Assembly: GCF_947568905.1 (NCBI RefSeq)
Contig: NC_079173.1
Location: 33,852,001 to 33,916,000, forward strand
Source: Ostrea edulis
Lineage: Eukaryota
Reading direction: 5' to 3'
DNA length: 64,000 nucleotides
In this document: piece by piece, positions 13,494-24,903 of the stretch
How the letters are laid out: each line of letters starts with the position of its first letter
How positions within the stretch are numbered: the first letter of the stretch is position 1
Translations under genes and position numbers: made by a program
The notes under the pieces: generated by a model
Told to the model about the DNA's origin: nothing
Database searches by the model: none
The model's input: only the letters and a program-made list of their open reading frames with translations

Positions 13494-13762
13494 CTACAAC
13501 ATCGGAATGTCTCTGGCTTCAACTCTCAAACTTTCGGGTAACTCCCTCCTTCTTCGTTCTCTTTCTCGCTCAATCGCCTCGTGATAATAGCCGTAATATT
13601 GCCCTCGGTCGGACCTCTCCAGTGGGACAAAAGCATCGGCTTTGGGCCAGGAGATGTCCTGGAGCTCTCGCGGGGGCATACTGGGAAGGTCACGTGTGTA
13701 ACCGAAGAGACGGCATTCTGGTACCCCGGACTGTAATACACCGATATCCTTGTGATAGTAAC
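13494..13762 (-). CDS. Gene A, coding exon 2 (last): GYYHKDIG…EARDIPML*
   Basis: Acceptor tttattttag|GT TAC at 13763/13762 completes the phase-1 codon from exon 1. Open to TAG at 13494; GC-rich relative to flanks. Confidence 0.82.
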
Positions 13763-14251
13763 CTAAAATAAAGCAACCAATGACTGTGTGTAGGGCTTAG
13801 ATGTAGCTCTTTAAATAGGCAAATATTGGGATATACCAGAGAGCTTATTTTGCTGTATTCTTGCATCGCCGTCTCAAAAGTTTATTTTTAAAAAAAATCA
13901 AATTATAGGTACAAATAGGCCTATACGTTTCAAAATACAAATGTAATTATATCCCCATGCGAAATGAAGTGAAAATTCACAGCTTCATATAATTTCGTTG
14001 CAATGTGTTCCTAATAAAATGTATCGTAATTGATACGCTTTGGTTTGAGGCCAGAAATATCTAATGGTAACTGAAATGAAATACTACTAATGCTAAGTTC
14101 TTGGTAAACCTGACACCCTTCTAATCCGACTGTTTCATTCAGTCCGGCAGCTGTTCGGTTTAGAGAAGTTTCACTGCATTGGCAGAATGGCTTTCAAATA
14201 TTTTCCCATTTTTATAGAAGTAAGATTTTGTCATTGTAAATATTGCAATAA

Positions 14252-14483
14252 GATTGATTGATTGAATATTGTTTAACGTCCCTCTCAAGAATATTTCGCT
14301 CATATGGAAACGTCACCAATGCCGGTCAAGGCCTAGGGTTGCAAAATTTAGGCCTATGCTCGGCGCTTATTATCGTGCCACACCTGCTGTGATACGGGGC
14401 CTCGGTTTTTGCGGTCTCATCCGAAGGACCGCCCCATTTAGTCGCCTCTTACGAGGACCCATTTTAACCCGGATCCCTACGGG
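14252..14483 (-). mobile_element. SINE of the family also at 29586 (bivalve Meta/Deu-domain-like)
   Basis: Reverse complement aligns with 29586-29849 (cccgt.gggatccgggtt … cagcaggtgtggcacgataa … gcataggcctaaatttt) and ends in a (CAAT)n tail. Domain naming is from recall. Confidence 0.75.
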
Positions 14484-15019
14484 ATATTGCAAAACAGTTT
14501 TGAATATATCGCGATACGTAAATTGATAGCATTACCTGGCTCTAATCGTGAACATTCATTTAAGACCTGAAAATACTCTACAATCATTTAAACCATGTTT
14601 GTATGCATCATCATGATTTATCATATACAGCCCCTCTTAAATATGTAGATATATATGACGGTAACCTCTGCAGGACCCCTATAAATCCCAGCTTAATACA
14701 TCATCAAAGTTTCTCCCAAGCTAAATCACTATTCGCTAGTTATCAGATTGAACTTTCAGTACATATAAAACCTTTTCCATAATCCTTTAACACGCAGTCA
14801 AACACACAAAACAATTGGAAGTTTTCCAATGATTAAAACAGGAAATTACAGAATTTTATAGATTAATAATTTGGGTGCACATCGTTGTATTCCAATTTCA
14901 CCCCCCATGTATTTATCGTCTCTTTTCCCCTGCCTGCTTCATGAACACCACAACATCATTCAGCTCCCACCCCTAACTTTAATCAATGTAACCCCTATCT
15001 CCCGCCCTTTACATTTTGA

Positions 15020-15140
15020 CCCTCCCTATTTACCAGAGGGCGTGTCTCTCTTTTTCAATAAAATCCTCCCTATTTACCAGAGGGCGTGTCTCTCTGTCTC
15101 AATAAGACCCTCCCTATTTACCAGAGGGCGTGTCTCTCTG
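15020..15140 (-). repeat. 44-bp triplication spanning the gene A exon 1 donor
   Basis: cctccctatttaccagagggcgtgtctctct occurs three times, giving GT donors at 15121, 15077 and 15033. Confidence 0.9.
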
Positions 15141-15386
15141 CCTCATGAAGTTCACCCACTCATCCTCGCTCTGCATCTCCTTGGCGTCTCGTTTAGTGTC
15201 TCTAGGCAACGATCGGTACTGGTGATGACCTATCCAGCTCCTCTCGGAGGGTACGTAGTGGGCAGGGCCATTCCAGATGAGTGACTTGCCATCCCCACTG
15301 AGATAGTTGTGCATGGGGGTAGCGTTGTGGGGCCCTCGGTCAAATAGTCTTGCACCGGCACTTGTTGCATATTCCGGGTGTTGCAT
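15122..15386 (-). CDS. Gene A, coding exon 1; uncharacterised 177-aa protein, join(15386..15122, 13762..13494)
   Basis: 88 codons plus 1 nt, donor CTCTG|gtaaat. 58/85 aa identical to gene B exon 1 with no gaps, which supports coding constraint. Confidence 0.88.
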
Positions 15387-17836
15387 GGTGAATCTATATG
15401 CATTGAAGCAAACTCATGTTTGGTTATTTGAAATAGAAATAGACATATTAGTATGTACTTAACTTGATCTATATATACTAGCCAGTTTGTAGGAAATCTG
15501 TGATAGATCGGGACCGTAGGAAGCAATTTCAAAGTGGATATGTAGGAGGCAACCCACTCAACAGTGTTGATCATAAAAAGGTCACCTGATTATCACACTG
15601 TCCTCTAAAGAGAATATCACACAAGTACACGTAGCCATGAGCAACATATTAAATGTTGATGAATGGTCGATCACTGAAACTTGACTCAATGGTAACCGAA
15701 ACTTGATTGAATGGTTACCGGTTACTGAAATGTCCCTTCCATTCAGTGAACTCAAAGGCGACTTGAAAGTACTTTATCAGTGATGAGTAAGTTATCATTC
15801 AGTCATTAGTATAATGGTAATTTCTATCATTTTAGTACATCACATCACATCACAGGGTGAAATCTAACCTTTCAGTGACCTTTCCGTGACCTTTCCGTTC
15901 AGTGTTCGATTTCACCTTGTGATGCACGAGGACATTTTCTAAACTCTTTGAACTGGATGGTATCAATTTTATTCTTGATCATTCCCATTCCTTGTAATAT
16001 TGTAACAGACACTGTAGAGTTTCTGCTGACAATCGAGCGCGGTACCTCCGGCACGACAGTCTAGTGTTCTTCTGACTGAGCTGAAGGGTTAACACATTAG
16101 CCAGAGGTAATTAATAGAAAGATTCTTATCTCCAACAAAACACTGTCTTAAAATAATTAATAAGACTAATTGACAAACAGATACAAAAAGATACAATTAA
16201 TGATTTTTCAGGAAACATTTCTTCTTAGTTTTTCACATTATAAAAGAAGTGGATCAAAGGAAGTGTAGATCAATGTGATGTCAGGTGCCTGTGATTTGTG
16301 TTGATATTTAAGCTAATTCCTTTGGATGGGATGGTCAACGAGACTGTTTATTTATACTTGTAAATATACACTACATCTCCCAAGTCTAGAATGATGCATG
16401 TGTATAGACACACCCCCACCCCCGTCCCCGCACGCACTCTGTCTCGGTGTGTGTACAGGAAGAGTTACCGATCTTTACACGTGACACAAATGCATTTAAC
16501 AGACCTGGCACATCGTTTTCAAAGCAGGGAGGGTGGATGGAGGGGAGGGGGGCGGGGCGGAAGAGAAAAGATTAAAGAATTTACATATGTGTGTAGTTGT
16601 ACATACCTATTCTGACCAATGAATCAGACGTAAATTACAATGCATGTTGTAAAGAAACGAAAATTCTGTACATAATTGTCTTATATCTACTAATTAATAT
16701 TGTCAACGAAAATTCTGTATATAATTGTTGTCCTATATCAACTAATATTGTCAACGAGACTAAGGACAGCAACGTCCGTTTAAAATTCTTACCTGGAACA
16801 GGTGTAAATGTAAACACAGGGGATATTGATCCGGTTACTAAGTATGTATTGCAATGTAAACATCCGGTTGTGACTTGTCCGTAATGCGATATTAGGAGCT
16901 AGAACACCCAGACAAGCCATTTAAGACGGTGAATATGCCTCATTTTGTCTTATCACACAGTAACTATTTAATTAATGGATTCTCTATCTTATGTTAAATC
17001 TTGTATGTACGTAAGACGACACAGCCATAAAATACACACACCAAGTATAAAAGAAGGGGGGGGGGTGTACTACATATATAATGTATGGAGTATATAATTG
17101 AACTATACACTCTGGAAAATACCGGATAATGTGGATATGGCACATACATGTACAGTATATACAGTATGCAAAGAGATTAAAGTCCGATGGAAGTAAAATT
17201 TGCAGATATTGAGCATGCAGCCCCATAAGAATGAAGGTGGGCGTACCCCTCCCTTCGGAATAAATATGAAATTCATATATGGATATCAGTAAAATGTTCA
17301 AGAGTATATGCCCTCTACATGAACACTTTGAAATGCCTTGGCCTGTTGTATTACATTAATTATAAAGGTCTTATACCGATTAACTAGGCACTGCACGGTC
17401 AATTATTCTAGAGATTAAATTTGTGTTAAGATAGTTACATATGTACGTCTTTGAATCGTTTCTTTTTGATAGACATCTGAGATATAACAATGGGTATTTG
17501 GCATGCACAACTAGTCTGATATGTGACTTTCGTTTAATACAGCCTTATGCATGCCCTTTTGACAGTAATAAAAATAATAGGATCATGCACGTGCATATTC
17601 ATGTACGTTTCTAGAACTAAACTCGGTATATTTGGAGGATTTTCAATTAGGGGAGGGGTGTAAATTAGATCCCCTGTACTTATATACTTATGTTTGGCTT
17701 CTACATCTTTACATTTATGCATCTTAAAAGTAGCATTTAAAATGGATAAGTAAGGGTACCTTTAATACAAGCACAAGTACTGGATCCTCCACTCTAAAGT
17801 CTAGATAGTTTGTCGCAACTAATGAAATGCGTAAAC

Positions 17837-17989
17837 ATTCAGATGAAGATTTCACATTTATTCCAAAGCGCTTTCGCTCTACAGTACTTTGAGCAGTGGG
17901 ATTTGACAATCGCTGTTGCTTTTCAAATTCCACTATAAGAGCCGTAGAGCGAAAGCACTTTGGAATAAATGTGAAATCTTCATCTGAAT
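17837..17989. repeat. 153-bp foldback element (46-bp near-perfect inverted repeat), probable MITE
   Basis: attcagatgaagatttcacatttattccaaagcgctttcgctctac pairs with gtagagcgaaagcactttggaataaatgtgaaatcttcatctgaat (1 mismatch). No clear TSD. Confidence 0.75.
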
Positions 17990-18026
17990 TTATATACATA
18001 TTTACTGTTACCTTTCCTTAGCCGCC

Positions 18027-18300
18027 ATGCAACGACCCGAGTACGCGACAAGTGCGGGAATAAACATAAGACTCAGAGGACCACACAATGCCACGCCCCT
18101 TCACAACTATCTGTCAGGTGACGGGAAGTCTCACGTGTATATGGGTCCCGCCTACTATGTTCCCTCAGAAAACCGGTGGATAAAGTTCCATGAATACCGC
18201 TCAATTCCCCGGGAATCAAAGAGAGATGCGATTCTGATGGAGTCGGAAGACCAGTGGGTAGCCTTCCAAAGGAAGAGGGATGCCGAAAGTCATCCAGGAG
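18027..18300 (+). CDS. Gene B, coding exon 1; uncharacterised 172-aa paralog of gene A, join(18027..18300, 22720..22964)
   Basis: GCCGCCATG start context; 91 codons plus 1 nt; donor GGAG|gtaagg; gap-free homology to gene A exon 1. Confidence 0.88.
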
Positions 18301-18639
18301 GTAAGGCTATCAACAATCTAATCAAAATTAATTAAAACAAATGTAGCAATCAAAGGATCTAATTTTAATTAGATTGGGTTTCTGTCAGAGGAATTTTCAT
18401 GAAAATGACACGATGTCCAATTTTCTCAGTGTATACTGAGAATGAGGCATATATCGTGCAAATCTTTCTTTTAGTGCTTCAATTCATGAAAATAAATGTA
18501 TGTACTGAAGGTAAATAACTAAAACAATAATATCTGTAACATAAATACTATTGTACTATTTTTACATAATCTCTAGCTGAAAATGTCATCATTGGTATAC
18601 ATGTAATAGTGTAAAGGCTGTTAACGGGGGGGGGGGGTA

Positions 18640-21600
18640 ATAGGGGGTATACATGATTGATGAGATGGTAGTGGTCAATTAACAGGGAGTATGTGGGGGT
18701 ATACATGATTGATGGGATGATTGTGGTCAATTAACAGGGGGTGTGGGGGTATACATGATTGGTGGGATGGTGTTAACAGGGGGTGTGGGGGTATACATGA
18801 TTGGTGGGATGGTTGTAGTCAATTAACAGGAGGTGTGGGGGTATACATGATTGGTGGGATGGTATTAACAGGGGGTGTGGGGGTATACATGATTGATGGG
18901 ATGGTGTAGTCAATTAACAGGGGTGTGGGGGTATACATGATTGGTGGGATGGTGTTAACAGGGGGTGTGGGGGTATACATGATTGATGGGATGCTGTAGT
19001 CAATTAACAGGGGTGTGGGGGTATACATGATTGGTGGGATGGTGTTAACAGGGGGTGTGGGAGTATACATGATTGGTGGGATGGTTGTAGTCAATTAACA
19101 GGGGGTGTGGGGGTATACATGATTGATGGGATGGTTGTAGTGAATTAACAGGAGGTGTGGGGGTATACATGATTGATGGGATGGTTGTAGTGAATTAACA
19201 GGAGGTGTGGGGTATACATGATTGATGGGATGGTTGTAGTGAATTAACAGGGGGTGTGGGGGTATACATGATTGGTGGGATGGTTGTGGTCAATTAACAG
19301 GGGGTGTGGGGGTATACATGATTGGTGGGATGGTATTAACAGGGGGTGTGGGGGTATACATGATTGGTGGGATGGTGTTAACAGGGGGTGTGGGAGTATA
19401 CATGATTGATGGGATGGTGTAGTCAATTAACAGGGGGTGTGGGGGTATACATGATTGGTGGGATGGTGTTAACAGGGAGTGTGGGGGTATACATGATTGA
19501 TGGGATGGTGTAGTCAATTAACAGGGGGTGTGGGGGTATACATGATTGGTGGGATGGTGTTAACAGGGGGTGTGGGGGTATACATGATTGGTGGGATGGT
19601 TGTAGTCAATTAACAGGAGGTGTGGGGGTATACATGATTAGTGGGATGGTGTTAACAGGGGGTGTGGGGGTATACATGATTGATGGGATGGTTGTGGTCA
19701 ATTAACAGGGGTGTGGGGGTATACATGATTGATGGGATGGTGTAGTAAATTAACAGGGGGTGTGGGGGTATACATGATTGGTGGGATGGTGTTAACAGGG
19801 GGTGTGGGAGTATACATGATTGATGGGATGGTGTAGTCAATTAACAGGGGGTGTGGGGGTATACATGATTGGTGGGATGGTGTTAACAGGGAGTGTGGGG
19901 GTATACATGATTGATGGGATGGTGTAGTCAATTAACAGGGGGTGTGGGGGTATACATGATTGGTGGGATGGTGTTAACAGGGGGTGTGGGGGTATACATG
20001 ATTGGTGGGATGGTTGTAGTCAATTAACAGGAGGTGTGGGGGTATACATGATTGATGGGATGGTTGTGGTCAATTAACAGGGGGTGTGGGGGTATACATG
20101 ATTGGTGGGATGGTGTTAACAGGGGGTGTGGGAGTATACATGATTGATGGGATGGTGTAGTCAATTAACAGGGGGTGTGGGGGTATACATGATTGGTGGG
20201 ATGGTGTTAACAGGGAGTGTGGGGGTATACATGATTGATGGGATGGTGTAGTCAATTAACAGGGGGTGTGGGGGTATACATGATTGGTGGGATGGTGTTA
20301 ACAGGGGGTGTGGGGGTATACATGATTGGTGGGATGGTTGTAGTCAATTAACAGGAGGTGTGGGGGTATACATGATTGATGGGATGGTTGTGGTCAATTA
20401 ACAGGGGGTGTGGGAGTATACATGATTGATGGGATGGTGTAGTCAATTAACAGGGGTGTGGGGGTATACATGATTGGTGGGATGGTGTTAACAGGGAGTG
20501 TGGGGGTATACATGATTGATGGGATGGTGTAGTCAATTAACAGGGGGTGTGGGGGTATACATGATTGGTGGGATGGTGTTAACAGGGGGTGTGGGGGTAT
20601 ACATGATTGGTGGGATGGTTGTAGTCAATTAACAGGAGGTGTGGGGGTATGCATGATTAGTGGGATGGTGTTAACAGGGGGTGTGGGGGTATACATGATT
20701 GATGGGATGGTTGTGGTCAATTAACAGGGGTGTGGGGGTATACATGATTGATGGGATGGTGTAGTCAATTAACAGGGGGTGTGGGGGTATACATGATTGG
20801 TGGGATGGTGTTAACAGGGGGTGTGGGAGTATACATGATTGATGGGATGGTGTAGTCAATTAACAGGGGGTGTGGGGGTATACATGATTGGTGGGATGGT
20901 GTTAACAGGGGTGTGGGGATATACATGATTGGTGGGATGGTTGTAGTCAATTAACAGGAGGTGTGGGGGTATACATGATTGATGGGATGGTGTTAACAGG
21001 GAGTGTGGGGGTATACATGATTGATGGGATGGTGTAGTCAATTAACAGGGGGTGTGGGGGTATACATGATTGGTGGGATGGTGTTAACAGGGGGTGTGGG
21101 GGTATACATGATTGGTGGGATGGTTGTAGTCAATTAACAGGAGGTGTGGGGGTATACATGATTGATGGGATGGTTGTGGTCAATTAACAGGGGGTGTGGG
21201 GGTATACATGATTGATGGGATGGTGTAGTCAATTAACAGGGGGTGTGGGGGTATACATGATTGGTGGGATGGTGTTAACAGGGAGTGTGGGGGTATACAT
21301 GATTGATGGGATGGTGTAGTCAATTAACAGGGGGTGTGGGGGTATACATGATTGGTGGGATGGTGTTAACAGGGGGTGTGGGGGTATACATGATTGGTGG
21401 GATGGTTGTAGTCAATTAACAGGAGGTGTGGGGGTATACATGATTGGTGGGATGGTGTTAACAGGGGGTGTGGGGGTATACATGATTGGTGGGATGGTTG
21501 TAGTCAATTAACAGGAGGTGTGGGGGTATACATGATTAGTGGGATGGTGTTAACAGGGGGTATGTGGGGTATACATGATTGATGGGATGGTTGTAGTCAG

Positions 21601-22075
21601 TTAACAGGGGTGTGGGGGTATACATGATTGATGGGATGGTTGTAGTAAATTAACAGGGGGTGTGGGGGTATACATGATTGATGGGATGGTTGTGGTCAAT
21701 TAACAGGGGGTGTGGGGGTATACATGATTGGTGGGATGGTGTTAACAGGGGGTGTGGGGGTATACATGATTGGTGGGATGGTTGTAGTCAATTAACAGGA
21801 GGTGTGGGGGTATACATGATTAGTGGGATGGTATTAACAGGGGGTGTGGGGGTATACATGATTGATGGGATGGTGTAGTCAATTAACAGGGGGTGTGGGG
21901 GTATACATGATTGATGGGATGGTTGTGGTCAATTAACAGGGGGTGTGGGGGTATACATGATTGATGGGATGGTGTAGTCAATTAACAGGGGGTGTGGGGG
22001 TATACATGATTGATGGGATGGTTGTGGTCAATTAACAGGGGATGTGGGGGCATACATGATTGGTGGGATAGTTGT
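18640..22075 (+). repeat. G-rich minisatellite, alternating about 42-bp and 48/49-bp units (about 75 units), in the gene B intron
   Basis: Unit core ttaacagggggtgtgggggtatacatgattg(a/g)tgggatggt, with or without gtagtcaa. Confidence 0.95.
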
Positions 22076-22719
22076 AGTGAATTTAATGCGATTTGACACT
22101 TATCTTTCCGTTGTTTTCTTTTCCTGAAATGTTTGTTTGTAGAATAAACACAATTCTGACAGAATTTATCAGATAAAATGAAAGTAAGCAGCTTCCTTAA
22201 CGTGTACCTCTCTCTTTCAAACGTTTGGTAGCGGATTAAGAGGGGGGACACACCCCTTCCCTTTTGTGACAAAAACAAACTGTAGTGTGATTTGACATTA
22301 TACATACAAACAAGTGCATGAACACAAACAAATCAATTATTTGTTATTTATTATATATAAAGTATAACTAAAAATAACACATGAAAGTAGCCTAAAAACC
22401 CTGTAGCCACCACCCACTTTAATAAATCCTGGATCTGCCACTGTATTACATGCATGTATGAGTGTGTGCATGCATCTGAAGTTGAACCTTCTCATGTGTA
22501 CACGGTGATTGAAATGCAATTATATACAGATATATATTACATATCATACAATACACGCACCCTGTTTTTCATGCATACATGTATTTTTATTGTCAGAAGA
22601 TATAGGTGCTGTATGTGCGGTAATGTAATATCTTATGGAGATTGGTTAGTGACCTTCATTTTACCTACAGATTTTTACAAACATTTTTGAGTTTGAACGT
22701 AATTGGTTTCCTTTTGTAG

Positions 22720-22964
22720 GAATCACGATGTCCGGTAAACCAGAAGCTTTCACCGGAGTTCCGGTCCCTACGTTACTTCCATGGCGGAAAGATGCCTGGA
22801 CCAAAAATTGGACAGGTTCCGGATACTTTTTGCCATCAGGAAACAAATGGTTCCATGATCAGGACTCGCCAGCTATACCCAGAGAATCTCTGATGTTCTA
22901 TAACGAGGAGGACTGGATCAAATTTAAATACATGACAGAGAACCAATCACTAGCCAATAATTAA
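22720..22964 (+). CDS. Gene B, coding exon 2 (last); second diverged copy of the shared module
   Basis: Acceptor tttccttttgtag|GA ATC completes phase 1. WTGSGYFLPSGNKW…IPRES…NEEDWIKF mirrors YMGPAYYVPSENRW…IPRES…SEDQWVAF in exon 1. Confidence 0.85.
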
Positions 22965-23244
22965 GTGATCATGTGACTTGATTATAAATTTCCAGAATAA
23001 CTGTTAATCTTCAGCAACTGGTTACCCTACTGAGGTTCAATTGTCTGTCTTTCATATTATAGTCAATGATATAAATCTATTAATTTCTTTATTGAATTTT
23101 TTCAGTATTTAATGTTTATCTAAAAAATGATAAAATATGGTTTATATCAAGTGCTTTCCTTATAAATGTTCATATGCTTTCCCTCTGTACCTTCACACAG
23201 CTAAAATAGCACACAACAGCTAAAATAGCACACAACAGCTATTT

Positions 23245-23900
23245 AAAGTAGCACACAGCCAGAGTACCATACACCTGAAGTAGCACACAGCCAGAGTACC
23301 ATACACCTGAAGTAGCACACAGACAGAGTACCATACACCTGAAGTAGCACACAGACAGAGTACCATACACCTAAAGTAGCACACAGACAGAGTATCATAC
23401 ACCTGAAGTAGCACACAGACAGAGTATCATACACCTGAAGTAGCACACAGCCAGAGTACCATACACCTAAAGTAGCACACAGCCAGAGTATTATACACCT
23501 GAAGTAGCACACAGACAGAGTATCATACACCTAAAGTAGCACACAGCCAGAGTACCATACACCTAAAGTAGCACACAGAGTACCATACACCTGAAGTAGC
23601 ACACAGACAGAGTATTATACACCTGAAGTAGCACACAGACAGAGTACCATACACCTGAAGTAGCACACAGACAGAGTATTATACACCTGAAGTAGCACAC
23701 AGACAGAGTATTATACACCTAAAGTAGCACACAGACAGAGTATTATACAACTGAAGTAGCACACAGACAGAGTACCATACACCTGAAGTAGCACACAGAG
23801 TACCATACACCTGAAGTAGCACACAGCTAGAGTATTATACACCTGAAGTAGCACACAGCCAGAGTATCATACACCTGAAGTAGCACACACACAACTGAAG
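23245..23900. repeat. 32-bp minisatellite, about 20 units
   Basis: Unit gtagcacacag(a/c)cagagta(cc/tt/tc)atacacct(g/a)aa. Confidence 0.95.
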
Positions 23901-24166
23901 TAAGCATGGTAGAAGGTGTCCATGACTGCAAGCAGCTAATTTAATCTAATATGATAATAATATAATTCCACTAATCTCACAGACAGTGTCAATAAATAGT
24001 TCACGATTTCACTCATCTCACAGACAGTATGTCGATATACTAGTATAGCTCACGATTCCACTCATCTCACAGACAATGTAAATGAATATGATTGTACCAG
24101 CATGAACAGAATATCTCACGAATCCACGCCATCAACTTGTCTCACAGAGAGTGTCCATAATTAAAT

Positions 24167-24404
24167 GGCCTAGTTCGATCATCAACTTTAGTAACTATTG
24201 TTGAACAGAATATGATTGAACTGCCTTTGGCCGGAACCAGAGTGTCACTGCACATGTCTGGTCTACCACACATCAACCTATGCATAGAGAATGTTCAACT
24301 TTAGTAACCAAACATGCGCACTAAAGGCCCGGAAGCAAACTAGGCATGCGCAATGAAGTCAACTAGACAACTATATGTACTATGGTTGATGATCGAACTA
24401 CGCC
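24167..24404. mobile_element. Small MITE with 20-bp TIR
   Basis: ggcctagttcgatcatcaac pairs with gttgatgatcgaactacgcc; AAT on both flanks (possible 3-bp TSD). Confidence 0.6.
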
Positions 24405-24903
24405 AATAAGACTGTACCATCATGATCAGAATTAGCCTACTGAAACGAAACAGATTGTATAACCGAACTCTTTTAATTATAATATTTAAAAATGGTATCT
24501 TAGGCCCCTGTGAAAGTTACCACATATAAATAAAATTCCCCTCCCCTTTGATGTAGGCGGATCCAACGCCGGCGACCCCACCCCTCGTTTAGTGTGTTTC
24601 CCCACACCTGTAACCCTCCGTTCTGAAATTTATGGATCCGAAACTAATTGCACATGGTATTTAATCATCTTCGGATATGTACATGTACTTTGTGCTTATT
24701 CACAACCCCCTTCCAACTTTTAAAACTTTGTATCAGTCAAGCCGAATGCCTACATCAAAGGGGAGGCGAATTCTATTTATATGTGGTAACTTTCACAGGG
24801 ACCTAAGATACCATTTTCAATTATTATAATTAAAAGAGTTGTTATACAATCTGTTTCGTTTCGGTAGATTTCGTTTCGTACTTTACAGGTACCCGTCTTT
24901 TAA

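Noticed and set aside
13494-18300. Assignment of genes A and B to TEKTIP1 or another named sperm microtubule-inner protein
   Set aside because: The resemblance is limited to a few residues (YLS.[DE]G), insufficient without a profile search, so no symbol was given.
18548-22305. Many short Pro/Thr/His-rich ORFs
   Set aside because: Antisense translations of the G-rich minisatellite.
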